Origin: Microbotryum violaceum
Lineage: Eukaryota
Length of the DNA stretch: 57,332 nucleotides
Reading direction: 5' to 3'
Assembly: GCA_001244265.2 (NCBI GenBank)
Contig: CDLV01000006.1
Location: 2,852,001-2,909,332, forward strand
Shown: positions 20,757-33,942 of the stretch, one piece after another
Layout of the letters: each line of letters starts with the position of its first letter
How positions within the stretch are numbered: the first letter of the stretch is position 1
Notes under the pieces: generated by a model
Databases searched by the model: none
Seen by the model: only the letters and a program-made list of their open reading frames with translations
Told to the model about the DNA's origin: nothing
Made by a program: the position numbers and the translations under genes

Positions 20757-23102
20757 ATGGCGGCCACGTCTACATTCAGCTACAACGATGGACTCTACGT
20801 ACCATGGACGTCGCCCGCCAGCAACACCCCCGCTCCGGCCATGACAACCGCCCCTGCTGCTAGCGCCACACCGAGGTGGAGCCCGACTACGACCGAGGAC
20901 GTGGATTACACCACTACTCAGGCTTTTGTAGAACAGAGTACGGCGGCTGCGGCGACGACGACCCAGTGGCAGGCTCAGACGTCGGCCGACCCCGCTGTTC
21001 AGGCCACCTCGGCCGCCGCCGTCGTCCAGACGACCCAGGCTCCCGCCACTTTGGCCGAAGCGACCTCGACCCAGCCTCCACCTGCCAGTGAGGCTGCTGC
21101 CACGATCACCACCACACCTCCATCGACGAGTAGTGCGATAAACCGATCCATCATGGTCGTTGGAACACCCATCTCGACGGCGACGGCGACGATCGGCGTA
21201 GCGTCCCAGGATTCCTTTTCGACGACGAACGGGGTTGGCTTCAAGAAGATTTATCTCACCCTCTTGCTCTTGCTTGTGCCTTTCATTATCATCGCGACGC
21301 TCGTTTTCATCCGTCGCCGACAGCGTCAGCGTCGACATACTCGAGGGGATCCCTACGACGAAGAAGGCGGTCTCGTCGTCGGTGGCAAATTCGTCGGCGA
21401 CGACGACTATTCCGAAAAGAGTTCGCTCGCGACCGTACGGCGCCGCTCGTCCAAGTGGTCCTTCATTCGACAGTCGTTGGGAAGAGGGCAACGAAGACGA
21501 GATGATACGATGTCTGAGATCTCTGAAGGGCCGTCGTTGCCGTTCCGAGCCGTATCGTACTCGTTCGTTCATGGAGGTGGAGGACCGGAAGATCGCCCAT
21601 TTCAACCCCCGATGGAGGACAGGGCCATCGATTTCAATCGCTTTTTCAACACTTTACCTCGAGTAGATGAACGTGACATTGAATCAGGCAACATGTCGAA
21701 TGGTCGTTGGGAGGCACCGAATGAACTCGGAGCAGCGGCTGGCACCGCTCTTGACGCTGGCAAGCGCATGCTTGGTGGATGGGGATGGTCGAGCAAACCA
21801 CGCCGAATCGAGCTCGTCTCTCCACGTCTCGACGGGTCAACCAATACGCGAAGCTCAATGCGCATCCCTTCCCCTTCAATCTACTCGCCCAATCCGGATC
21901 AGAGCGGGCCGTACGCCGGACTGCAAGGCATCGACGAGGACGATGACGTCGATCTGGATGCGTACCTCGGTGAATCACGCGTCGGCGACTCGTCGCTTGC
22001 CAGTCGATACCTCGACGACCCTGAAAGCATTCCAGTAAAGGAAGACTATCGCTTGCCTCTCTCGCCAAAGGGTCCCAAACCGATGCCTCGCCCCGGAAGG
22101 GTCGTCGTCGATCTTCCCGCTGCGCCGAGCAGGACCTTCATGTCGCCAACCAAGAAGTCAGGGATTCTTCCATCGACGGATCCCCGAACGCCACCTCCGA
22201 ATGCGGGTTTACTGTTCAAGTACGACTCACCTTCGGCGACTCCTGTTCGTCATAGTATTCCTACACCTTCGTCGCCTCGTCCTCCGCTTCCGACGCCACC
22301 AATGACGAGCACTCGCACTCTCGCGCTGCCATCGGGTCAATCTGAACCGCACGCGTTCCACTCCAAGGCGGTCAACCTGGGCGGGGTCTATGATCCACCC
22401 ATCGCGCACGACTTCAAACCTCTAGCACCCGCGACCTATCGCGCCGTCGCCGCGGGTTCGAACGCGCCCAACGGTTCTCATCGACAGCTCCCTAAGAAAC
22501 CCTCTCGCGATCTCCTTGCGCAGGCAATGCCGGAACCTGAACCTGAACCGATCGTCGTGTCGAGTGGAACGATGCGCATAAGGAAGAAGCGACTCCTACC
22601 GGAAATCACCTCGTCCTCCATTATCGAGTTCGGCGACTCGCCGAAGCTCGAACCTTTGCGCCACCCGAGTAAAGTTAAGAACGCCATTTACGACCTAGAG
22701 AAACGTACGAAGGAGACGACGATGTTGACGAGTCCGACAAAGTTCGATTTTATGGGTTATGATTCGCCCGTGAGGGCTTTGTCATCCGCGCCTTCTTTGA
22801 CGCAGGCGAGTGTGAGAAAGTTGTTGCCCGCGAGGAGGACGGAGGTGCCGGTGGCGGAATCGACGATCGCGGATGACCACAACGACGACGACGACGATGC
22901 GTCGGTTTATTCGGTCGACGATAGTGTCATTGCTGATAGACCAGTTTACCAGAGCAACAGCGCGAGGGTGATGCCGACGTTGGCAGAGGCGAGGTATACG
23001 AGGCCGGTCGTCGATTCGAAGCCGCTCTCGTCGGATCCGAAGCGACTTTCGGCGATGCTTAGAAGGCCGAGCTTGCCGCAGCTTAAGAATGAGGAGGCCT
23101 GA
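20757..23102 (+). CDS. Single-pass membrane protein with Ser/Thr/Ala-rich N-terminus and Pro-rich cytoplasmic tail
   Basis: Long open ORF. TM segment IYLTLLLLLVPFIIIATLVFI followed by RRRQRQRR. Likely 5' intron 20636-20750 (GTAAG..TTGCAG) before the ATG at 20757. Confidence 0.8.
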   Translation: MAATSTFSYNDGLYVPWTSPASNTPAPAMTTAPAASATPRWSPTTTEDVDYTTTQAFVEQSTAAAATTTQWQAQTSADPAVQATSAAAVVQTTQAPATLAEATSTQPPPASEAAATITTTPPSTSSAINRSIMVVGTPISTATATIGVASQDSFSTTNGVGFKKIYLTLLLLLVPFIIIATLVFIRRRQRQRRHTRGDPYDEEGGLVVGGKFVGDDDYSEKSSLATVRRRSSKWSFIRQSLGRGQRRRDDTMSEISEGPSLPFRAVSYSFVHGGGGPEDRPFQPPMEDRAIDFNRFFNTLPRVDERDIESGNMSNGRWEAPNELGAAAGTALDAGKRMLGGWGWSSKPRRIELVSPRLDGSTNTRSSMRIPSPSIYSPNPDQSGPYAGLQGIDEDDDVDLDAYLGESRVGDSSLASRYLDDPESIPVKEDYRLPLSPKGPKPMPRPGRVVVDLPAAPSRTFMSPTKKSGILPSTDPRTPPPNAGLLFKYDSPSATPVRHSIPTPSSPRPPLPTPPMTSTRTLALPSGQSEPHAFHSKAVNLGGVYDPPIAHDFKPLAPATYRAVAAGSNAPNGSHRQLPKKPSRDLLAQAMPEPEPEPIVVSSGTMRIRKKRLLPEITSSSIIEFGDSPKLEPLRHPSKVKNAIYDLEKRTKETTMLTSPTKFDFMGYDSPVRALSSAPSLTQASVRKLLPARRTEVPVAESTIADDHNDDDDDASVYSVDDSVIADRPVYQSNSARVMPTLAEARYTRPVVDSKPLSSDPKRLSAMLRRPSLPQLKNEEA

Positions 23103-23288
23103 AGGGAAGGAAGAGCTTGAGGTGTGAAGTGGATTGAATTTGAAGTGAATTACATGTCGGTTTTCTTTTATGTACACAAGGTTGTGGTCACATAGCGCTT
23201 GATGAGATTTACGATTTGGAATGTCACCATTTTTCCCCCGTTTGACTACTGAGTTTGTCGCTTCAAGCGTCGGGGATGATGGACGCGC

Positions 23289-24795
23289 TCAACAACTGTA
23301 CGACGATGACTGCAATGTAAGCGAAGAAAATGTTCGATCTCATGTTGCAAGTCAAAGACGTACCAGTGTTCGACCGCCGGAGACATCGAGCGTGTTGCCG
23401 TTCATGTATGCTCCAGCTCGACTGGCGAGGAGGAGGACCGGACCGGCGATGTCCTCGGGTGCTCCAGCGCGACCTGCGAGTGAAGCGAAAAAAAAGTGAT
23501 CCTGTCAGCTGATCTGATGGGCTCGCAGGAAGTTAGTTTGATTGGAAAGTTTGCCACCTTCTGGCATGGCTTTGAAGTGGGTCTTGTGCGTGTTGCGGAT
23601 CTCCTTGGGGTCGCTGTTCGTCATCTCCGATGGAAAGAGTCTGCGTCGCCGCAAAATTCAACGTCACCAAAATCAACATGCATGTTCGAAAGACGTTGGC
23701 TGGTGATCGATATTTTTGACTCACCCTGGTGCAATACAGTTGACTCGGATCCGGAGGGGCAAGAAGCGACTCGCGAGGCACTTGGTGAGATGGATGACGG
23801 CCGACTTTGAGGTTTGGTACGAGACCGAGGCCGCGTCCCTCTGATGATCGTCAGAGTGCAAAAATCAACTTCTAAGCAAGCTAGCTCGGGGAAGTTACAG
23901 GATAAAGTTCGATGTAGCTCACAGCATTATGGATCCCCGCAATCGACCCAATGTTGATCACCACCGGCGTTTCCTTTGGCGCATGCTCCGACGAAGGCGA
24001 GTCGAGGTAAGCCTGGTGCAGGAGAGGCGCGAAACCGACGCTCAAGAAGTAGAGCGCAGAGACGTTCATCCCCATCGAGTCTTGCCAGTCGACCCACGGG
24101 GCGGAGAGGAGCGCTTCGGCAAGGTTCTTGGCTGTGTTGAGGAGGAGAGGGGTTTAGTTTAGTGTGGCGTCGTACGGGGGAGGGTGAGAAGAACTTGCTG
24201 TCGTCCGGGTGAGCTTTGACGGGATCCATCCTTAGGATCCCGGCGGCGTTGACGAGGATGTTGAGAGATTTTTCCTTGGTTTTGAAAGCCTATTTGAAGG
24301 GAGGGGGGCAAGTGATGGTCAGTGGTAGCTTGCAGGGCCGATCGCCTCGAGAGACTGAGCATGTGGGGACGCCCAGGCGAAAAACTGACCTCGACGACGT
24401 TGAGGATCCCATCCTTGTTCGAGACGTCGCCCGGAAGACTGTGAGCCAATTTGTGAAAGCGCGCACTTTAGCTGTCTGTTGAACAGGCAATAGAGCTGAG
24501 GCGGAAGAGTGGCTCACGCGACGACCGAGCCCGTGTACGACGCTGTTGACACGAGATCGCACCGTACGTCATAGTACGTCAGCCCCACCACCCATAGCAC
24601 AGCACACCTCACCACATCTTTTCAGTTCTCACCAGTCTCCTTGACAACCTCTTGCAACTTGTCCTCCCTCCTCCCGACGATGTACACCTTGGCACCGCGT
24701 TGGGCAAGAGCTGTGGCGATCATGCGTCCGATACCTGTGCCGCCGCCCGTGACGAGCGCGACTTTCGAATCGACCGAGAAAAGAGGGTCGGACAT
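23289..24795 (-). CDS. Short-chain dehydrogenase/reductase (multi-exon)
   Basis: [32 protein letters not shown] catalytic motif, [15 protein letters not shown] introns. Confidence 0.92.
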
Positions 24796-25081
24796 GGTGC
24801 TGGGAATGAGGAAAGGGTGGGGTGCTAGAACGTAGAGGGGATTGGAGGAAGAGGCTTCAAGGGCGAAACGCGCTCCGGCTTGAGAGCCTACCCGCTTACC
24901 CCCCACTCGGCATCCTCGGCACGCCGGCCGGCTCACGGTCCGGTCCGATCGTCTCGGCAGAAAACCAACGACACTTGATCATTTTCATTCGAGCTCAGAA
25001 AGTGGGTACATCATCATCATCATCATCACCATCCTCAATTTTGACATCAATTACATTCCTTGCAAAAAAATCATCATTACT

Positions 25082-28000
25082 TCAAGACCTCCCCGCATTC
25101 CTCAACGCGACCTTCTCACTTTTCTCAGCTTGCTCTATCCGTTCGCTGATTAAAGCTTGTAGCTCGGCCTGCTTCGATTCGAGTACAGCGGGTGGGAGGG
25201 CGACGGTGTCTTTCGGATCGAGGTTCAGGAGGTGGTCGAAAGTTGAGTAGGGGAGGGAGGAGGAAGCGAGTGAGGAAGTTGGTGTTGAGGACTAATCCAT
25301 GAAGGTAGGGAAGAAAAGTTGAAACATCACTATGGGATCTAACTTTTTGCGACGATAATCTCTCCCGACTCACCCGTAAAACTCGAACCGCAAACCCAAA
25401 CGCTTCGCCCAGCCTCTCGTACTTGATCAAACTCCTCAATAAAGACCCCACATCTTTCTTGAGGAAGTGCTCAGTAAGGAAAGCGGGAACTTCGGAATGA
25501 GCGTCGATTGCGAGGATGCGTTCGAGCACGACCAGTCGATAACGGGATGTCGACGAGTCGTGGCGTACGAGATGGCGTTCGAGGAGCAGCCACGCTTTGG
25601 AGGCGAGTGTTCCTTCCCATGTTGAAGCTTCGTAGCAGAGTGTGACCCATGAGGCGTCCTCGGTGCTGCGAGGGACCTCGAAATTGATAGGGGTTAGATC
25701 GCCACAACAGCGCACGACCGGCACATGGGAGGGGTGGACTCACGACTCGGGATTCATCGTCAATCCTACACAACGATCCGTGACAACCTCGAACAAACTC
25801 GACATGTCGACACCCAACACAAGAGCAGTCTGGAAAGCCGCATCGAACGCGCCCGTTTGAGAGAAAAGCGAGACGATCGATTCCCCTTGGAGGCTGAAGC
25901 TCGGTCGCTCAAGTTCGGGGAAGTCGACGGCGAGCTGAAGGCGGGATAGAGCGATGGTGTATTCTTGGCGGATGTCAGAGAGATCGAGGATATCGGGTGG
26001 GGAGGAGGTGTCGAGGGAGAGCTCATCGTCGGGGATGTCGTACGAGAGTCGCCGGCGCTTCGGCGGGGCAGCACGATCCTCTGCCAACGTCGAGGTCGAG
26101 ATAGCGGCCCATGCATGATCGGGGCTCACGAGCGAGAGTGCATTGATCGCTGCGAGGTATCCCTGGCACTGTAGGGTTGCAAGGTCATGGAACGTGACGT
26201 TACGAGACGACGTTTCGCCTATCCGTCGGGCTTGCTGGAACATGATCGTTCCGGCTGTGCGGATATCGGGGTTTTCTATTGTCAGTCAAACGAGTGCGTA
26301 GTAGTTGGAATCTCGACAATGACGCACCACTTCTGTAGTCCCCTCTTCGGATATAGTACGCATACAAAATGGTGTAATAGTTTGGCGTCGCCAAGGGGTC
26401 CGAGTTCCTCGCTCGGAACGCCAGGTTGCGCTCCAAGTCCGCTTCCATCCCAACGAAAGCGAACTTGATCAATTGCGACGTTACGCCGTTCTCACACATG
26501 ACCGAGATCAGATGGCCAAGACAGATTGAGCGAGTCGAGGGGTGTGGAATCGAGACGAGGGTCGTGTACGCGTCTTCATATCGATTAAGGGAAGCTTGCG
26601 AGCGGAAGAGCTGAAGCCACAAGTCGGACGAAATCGCTTCGGGTGCGCCTTCGGGGGTATCGTCGAATGCTTCGAGGGCGAGTTGGGCGAACCGAATCAC
26701 TGATCCGTCAAAGTTGCTTTCGACAAAGAGCGCGACTATGTGTGTGTAGTATCGAGCGAGAGAGCCGGATACGTCGGCAGGCAATAACTCAGACATGCTC
26801 GAAGTCGAGTCGCTCGAGGCGTCTGCGAGAAGAACCAGTATCGAAAACAGTCAATAAACTCCCCCTTTGATCGATTGAGAGCAATCATCGCAAAAGATCG
26901 ACTCACAAATCCCCGAGGCGGCCTTCTCGAACGCCATCTCCGCCTCCGCAACACCCCCAATACTCAACTGCGCCATACCCCGAACGTACATCATCCCCGC
27001 ACCATTCGGAACCATATCCAGCAGACCAATCGCAAGTGTCGGGAAGCCGAGGTCGTGAACCCTCATCGCGAAGTTCGCGTCCTCGGGCGTGTCTCGGATC
27101 ACGTCGCATGCGCCGAGGAGACCGTCGATATAGACGAGAGGAGGGGTCAGGGTCAAGGCGTGGGAAAGTGGTCGAACGGAGATGGGTAGTCTGGGGGTGA
27201 AGCATGATCGGATGAGAGCGTGGAAGAGACTGTAGGCGGGGATCGGTTCGCCTTGTTCGGCATCGGCGCCGGCGTCACTCGATCGGTTCAGACCCTTCGA
27301 GACGTTCATCTTGCCGAAGCGTGAAAATACATCGTCATCGTCGTCTGCCGTTGGCTTTGAAGTCCCAGTCTTGGAAGCAGTCGCAGTGATAAGAGCAAGT
27401 TCGGTATCCAGATTCGGCGACACGCCTTGTCGTGCGACCCACAGCATTCTCGAAAGCGAATGGAACGTTGCAAAAACGCGACTGGTGACCACGTTCGGCG
27501 AATCGCACATATTCCGGCCTTCAAGGATCACGAACATCACGAGACCGAGGGCGAGCTCGTAGCGTGATTCAAGCGTGGCCGTCCATGCGTCGGCGATCAG
27601 GGCAGAAGCGAGATTGCTCGCTGGAAGGCCGTGGTTCCACATTGGCGGATTGATCGCGGCGGGAGTTTGCCATGTTGTTAGGATATTGCAGAGAGAGTTG
27701 ATGAGTTGGTCCGCAGTTCCGATCGCTAGGAATATGCGTGAACTCAGATTCTCGTCAATGCAAGGTTGAAGCACCCTTTCCCAAAGGTCGTCCGCGAGGA
27801 GCCCCACATCGAGCGCGCGATCGGTCCGCAGCGTCTCGAGAAGCTCGTTCTCGAAGTTACGGATCAGTAAGGGATCAAGGCCAGACCGAAGGGCTTGGAT
27901 CGCACGGACAACGGAGAGGGCTTGTTCGATGACACGGTTGTAGCTGAAGGTGTAGTAGTCGGCGAGTCGCCCTGTGGATAACCCCGATTTAGCGACGTCA

Positions 28001-30150
28001 TAGAGGAGCTGGGACTCGTCAAGTAACGTCGGAATGACAATCGCCTGGCGAGTGACGACAAAGGCGATTTTACTCTCAGCGTCGACGGCGAGGCTGGTGG
28101 GGAACAGTGCGTCGCGCCGCGACTCGTTGAGCATCGTCACGAACTTGAGCCATTCTACCTTGAGTTTCTGGTTAAAGGCGTCGTAGAGCATCGCGCCCGT
28201 CTGCGAAGATTGCTCGAGCGAGACGGCGCAACCGACGACAGCGACAATGCGCTCGAGCACGGTCTCGTAGAATAGTTCCATCGCTTCGGGTTTGTGTGTA
28301 ACGCGACCTTCGGCGATGTCGTGTTCGAGGCGATCTTCGTATTGAGCAAGGGCGTGATCGAGCGTCGAGAGAGGGTACCGACCGGGGTAACTGACGTGCT
28401 CGACGAAAACTTCAGTCACACCTTTATCCGGTTCGGTATCAAACAATTCGTCAAAATAGGGTGCCGTCCATCGTGATGCAAGACCAGCCGTGCCCGACTC
28501 GACAGTGACCCACTCGTTCGACGACAAAGTTCCCCCATCGACGACGGAAGTCATCGCCTGCGTCGGGTCGACCTCGTGGAAATCGATCGTGCGCACGGCA
28601 CACTCTCCTCCCTCATCCCAGACCGTCCACAGCGTCCATCGTGCCTCGTCCCCGAGTGCGAGTGGTTGGATCGCAAAGTCGACGAGGGAAGCGTTCGCGT
28701 TTGCGAGGTGCGGGCACAGCTTTTCTCCGACGGGGGTGAGCTCACTCAAGAGCTTGGTCTGTGCGTCCAAAGTGATCGCGTAGGCGAAGAAGGCGGCGCG
28801 CGAGGTTGAAGATGCAGGCGAGAAGATGACAAGGTGGGAGATGATGGTCGACGACGAGGAAGAGGATGGGACGTTGACGAGTTTGACGAATGTCTGCGGT
28901 GTCGACGACAGGAGGAGACCTGCCGATTTGGTGGTTCGAGCGGGCGAGTCGGTTGAAGAAGACGCATCACTGGGAGCCAAGGCCAGAGCTGATGATGAGG
29001 ACGACATCGGTCTGGGAAGATCGATAGTCTTGAGCTCGACGCCGGCATCGAGGTCCCAGATCTTGAGCTTGCGATCGCGTGAAACGGAAAAGGCGAACGT
29101 TGGCTTGTCGGCTTCGGGGACTGATGATGCGAACGACACAATCTGGGATGAGGCGTTCGAGTTCAAGGTCGATGCAGTCGCATTCGCGTTGAAGTTGTGG
29201 TACTGCGACGGCGAAGCGAGGTGGCGCGTCGAAAACGACGGGATGAGCGACCGCACGCTGAAAAAGTTGGACGATGATCGCAGCTCGGTCTCGATCAGGT
29301 CATCGGCTGGGGGAAGCAATGTGTCGGCTCATCAGTGCCTAAAGAAAGAGATACGATAAGTCTCGGGCAACAGGGACTGACCATCGGCAATGACCAAACT
29401 GGCTGCGAACCCATCCGCGCACGCGACAACGACCCTCGACACATCGACACCATGCATCAATACCGGCGTACGATTGACCAAGCACGAGACGGTGAACTCT
29501 TCACACCATCGATGATGCGGTCGACCTGAAGCGGTTCGGTCGAGGTTGGGCTTGTTGTCGTCGTCGTCGTCGTCGGCTTCGTCGAAGGCGGTGCTCGAGT
29601 AAAAGAGCTTGGGTAGGGAGAAATGAAGAACATGGAGATGGCCTGATTCGGTAAGAGCGTAGATTTGTAGTTCGCCTTCGTGCTTTGCAGTAGGTGAGTC
29701 GTCGTCGTCGTCGTCTTGTGATGGGCTGACGAGGACAAGGTAAGGTTGAGGCACCAATTTGGACCCAAACACGAACCGCACGGGTGGCCACTGTTGGTTT
29801 GAGGATCCCAGATCAAGTGCAAAACTAGTGTTGTCGTCACGGTTGCCAACGGTGAATGCATTGTAGCTCAATTCGAGGCAGTATCCCTGGTCGACGACGC
29901 GAGCGAGCACGTGGCCTCCGTGCTGCGACGACTGCGGGAGGAACAGCGTCGAGCTCGAAAGAGCGTGGTCATCCTGGGCGAGTGTGGCGCGTCGTGAGTG
30001 ATCAGGTGTCGTAGTTGAGGTAGATGGCACGGCGATTTCGTGGGCGTCGTGGTCGGCGACAAAGGCACACGCGCTCGTGTACGACCACTGCGTGACCGCT
30101 TTAGTGCGCGGAGCACCACATGGGAGTGCGTACGACATTTCGACCGCCAT
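25082..30150 (-). CDS. NUP160: Nuclear pore protein Nup160/Nup120 (multi-exon)
   Basis: About 1500 aa, beta-propeller plus helical region. FSVSRDRKLKIWDL, ERNLAFRARNSDP..PNYYTILYAYYIRRGDYRSA..MFQQARRI, YLAAINALSLV. Confidence 0.88.
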
Positions 30151-30868
30151 GCTGTCGTCGTGCTGGGGGTGTACACGGCCTGGAGTGGTGCGAGGGTCAC
30201 GCCGTCCGAGGCCAGTGGGAGATAGGAGCAGAACAAAGTGTGCGCGAGTTGGGATCGTCGATGTCGCCGAGTCGGTCGCGCTGACTGCCTGGGAACCGCA
30301 ATTTCGAGCCCAGTACGAGGAAGTTTCCAAGTTATCGGAAAACGTTCAGCATCGTATGAAGCGCTCTGTACGATACGCTCACTCTTGCCCGCTCTTCCAG
30401 GTGACGTATTGGGATAATCTCAATATCTCCAGGCGATCATTCTGGCGTTCCGAACAGACGGCGATATCGATTTCCGTCCCGAGCTCGATGTCGAAGCTGA
30501 AGCGCTGAAGCATCGAAGCGAAGCTTTGAAGCCCTCGCGGTCCGAGTAAAACAAGTCGAAAAAGAGACCTGTACGAGGGCCATCGGCATAGAGCTTAAGT
30601 AGTGTGCTCGTGCCTCGCTCAAAACGTTGATCTGCCTGATACCGTTGTTACCTTATTTTCGCAGGTATGGACGGGTATTTCGGCCATTCGATCAATTTAT
30701 TCCCTCAAGCTCTTGGAGCTTTGAGAGCTGAGGGGTTTTGTTTCGAAAAAAAATGGAGAATCCGAGCCGATGAAGCCAATGAAGCCCATCTGAGACTTTA
30801 TGAGACCAAATGGCCGAATGACCAGCAACAACGATATCAACGATTCATGTAGAAAGGGGGACAAATGC

Positions 30869-30896
30869 AAAAAAAAAAAAAAAAAAAAAAAAAAAA
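30869..30896 (+). repeat. Poly(A)28 tract in the divergent Nup160/GNAT intergenic region
   Basis: Seen directly. Confidence 0.9.
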
Positions 30897-31088
30897 TCGT
30901 GAATCGACCTCCGCTCGCTATTAGAGTTATCCGCTATCTCCGTCGCGACGTCTCGAAACTCGGTTTTTGACTCGCATCCCCTCATAATAAGCTTGGACTC
31001 GTTTCCTTCCCTCGATTTTGCTCCCTCCGCCGGGCCTTCTCTCTCTTTTATCTCCCTCTCTCTCCCACGCTTCAAAAACAACATCATT

Positions 31089-32126
31089 ATGCCCAACCTA
31101 AACCTCTACGTAACCCCCTCAACCACTCGAAACAAAGACTTATCATCTCCAAACACCAAAAGAGGAATATGATCTCAACTTTGTATTGCCCGTACCGGAA
31201 TTCTTGGAGACGGAGGATGGAGTTAGATTGGTTCCGCTGGTAGTGAGTATGGGATTGATTGGGTGTGGGTGGGCACTTTTTGATTTGAAGAGGATGTAGG
31301 CTGATGTTTGAAAGGGTATCCATATTCACACACTGCACCGCTCTCTCACCCCACGTAGCCCTCGCTCCACGCTCAAATCCTCTTTCCACTCTTCTCTTCC
31401 CATTTTTCAATGATGAGATACCTACCTTACACATACACCACATTAGAGTCGTTCCTCACCTTCCTGGAGGAACGTAGAAGGGATCCGGGAACGTTGTTGT
31501 GGGTCGTGTATGATTTATCGTTGATTTTAGACGGGAAGGAAGGTGGTGCTGAGGTGGTGGTGGATAAGGAGAACAGGGAGAGGATTGCGGGTATGGTTGG
31601 ATTGTTGAAATGTAACGATGAGAATAGGTGGGGGGAAGTAGGGTGAGTTGTTGGATGAAAAATCGTTTTGCGAGTTGAGTTTGAGGAGTAAGACTGAAAA
31701 CTTTCGATATACCTTTTCAGACACCTCGCGATTTTACCACCCTTTCATAGATCACCTATCAATACCCATTCTTGCTCGCTCCTTATACGTTACTTGTTCG
31801 ATACCGTCCTACTCCGTCGAGTATGCTGGTTCGCCCATGCCGATAATACACCTTCGGTTAATGCCGCACTCAGGTTGGGGCTCAAGAAGGAGGCATTGTT
31901 AAAGTGGGAGAGATGTTTGGGTAAGGGTAAGGATGGTAAGAAGCTTGAGGGGGTTTTGGAAGGGTTGAGGGAAGAAGAGGAAAAGGCGGGGAGGTGGGGG
32001 GGGGGGGGGGGGGGCCGAGATTCGTACATTTTTGGACTGGGGTGGGATGATTGGAGGTCCGGAGGTTCAGAGGTTATTGATGGTCTGCTCAGTAGGGAGG
32101 TCAAGAAGAGGACGCTGGGGAATTGA
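31089..32126 (+). CDS. GNAT (RimJ/RimL-like) acetyltransferase, three exons
   Basis: YDLNFVLP..VRLVP, GEVGHLAILPPFHRS, LRRVCW...NTPSVNAALRLG. One apparent extra base near 31113 shifts the ATG frame. Confidence 0.85.
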
Positions 32127-32159
32127 ATGGGGCAAAGTGATTGCAGTATGACGGTAGCT

Positions 32160-33672
32160 TTATTTATCTAGAGGACCACACCGTGCAATAACTGTTTGCG
32201 CGAAAATTGAGGGATCGGCATCAGATCAGCCCTCTTTCGCAAACGCAAACGTCGTCGCGGACACAGCACAGAACGTACTATAATCGCGAACCCTTTTAGC
32301 TTCTTGACCACTCACGCCATCAATCTCTTCCGCTCTCCTGCCTTGACTATCACATCGATCCCGATCAGCTCCGGCTTCGATCAGTGCGACGGCGGCTTCG
32401 GCATGCCCACTCTCGATCGCAAGGTGTAGAGGGGTGTTGCCCGCTCGGTCTGCTTGGTTCAGTCGAGGAGCAGTGGGTTTGCTCGGGATGTCGAAGAGGT
32501 GATGAGGTGAATGAAGGGGAGCGCAGAGGTCGTCGCGGCTCGATGGCTGCGAAGGTGGGGCGATGGGAGATGTGGGGGCAGGAAGTGGGGGTTCAATCGG
32601 CGGGGGTCGTTCGATTCGATGACAGCCACACTCACAGTGGAAGCTGGTTAGCCTTGTCTCGGGTATTGATGTCGGCTCCCTTTGAGATCAAAAGGCGGCC
32701 AATCTGTGCGTGCAATCATGACGAGATGTCGAGTCGAGTTGTCGGAGTAGATGCAGGGTCAGCTTGCGAGAGCCCGAGTGAATCGCGGGGGTCGGTGGAT
32801 TCTCGGTCGAGAATAAAAGATTGAAAAATTTGGCCGGTCAAAACGCACCGAAACATGTCCTTTCGATGCAGCGTAGTGTCTGCAAAGCCAACTCGCCTGG
32901 GGTCAGTTTCCCCATCGAGTAGTGTTCCTCGCTCGCCGACCTCCCGCTGACCGAGTGCAGGATCATGGTCGTCAATGAGCACCGCAGCTTGATCAACTCA
33001 CAGTGCGGTTGCTCCCTTATCATTCGCAGCCGCTACATCCGCGCCTGCTCCCACGAGCAGCGACACCAGTTCGAGATTGCCCGTCGCGGCTGAGATCGAT
33101 GGAAATTCCAGCTAACCAACATCAGTGCCTGTTTCCACCACCCTCCCAAAGGAGGTAATCAAGCCGGTGAATGTTGCTTACAAGCACTAATCAAAGCCGT
33201 ATTCCCCACCGCGTCCCTATTCTCGAGCAGGTTTTTTCGAGCTTCGTCATCGTCCAAGTGGGGGAGGATGTCCAGAATTGCGGAAAGGCAGGACGATGAG
33301 CCGTCGGGGAGGGAGATGATGTTTTGTAACGGGGTGCGCGAGTCCTGGTGGGGTTTTTAATGGGGAGATTGCGACAAGGGTGTGGGTGGGGGTGGCAGGC
33401 GGGTTAGCGAGTGAGATGGAAAACTGGCACGGTCGAGATGGAGGGCGAACCTACCGAGTCGACTTGCCATGCCAACGACACGTTCTCTTGCAGAGCCTCG
33501 CGTAAAAGGTTCGTTTGACCTGTCGAGAGAGACGAGGTAAGAGCATCAGCCGTCTGAGCAGTGTTGCACCGAGCCGCCGAGGGGCGATGACGACGACGAT
33601 GACGCGTCGCAGGGTGGTCTGAACAGCGAACTTACCTTCTCGGGCCAACCGATGGACATCGACTGAGCTCAT
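32160..33672 (-). CDS. Ankyrin-repeat protein, Nas6/gankyrin (PSMD10)-like, multi-exon
   Basis: GNTALIS..GNLELVSLLVGAGADV, GADINTRDKANQLPLH, GNTPLHLAIESGHAEAAVALIEAGAD. Confidence 0.8.
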
Positions 33673-33942
33673 GTTTGATTTGATCGCGCTGCGTAATGGC
33701 GCGCTCGTGGGGTGAAGAGAGACTGAGCAAACTCGAGTAAGATTCGAAAGACGGGAGGGAGATCGAGACCAAGTCCAGCTCAGGTCGGAGATTTAAGATT
33801 TCAGTCAAAAGACAGGTCATGTTCAAAGCGGGACCAGAACATCATTAGATTCATCACATATTGTGTCATATAATTTGTACAGAATCAAGCAAGGGAGCGA
33901 CAGCATATGAAAAACTTTACACGGTCCGGCATACGGCGCAAA

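Noticed and set aside
20742..21605. Long antisense ORFs over core genes (also opposite Nup160 and the 33.9-35.0 kb gene)
   Set aside because: Expected shadows of GC-rich coding sequence.
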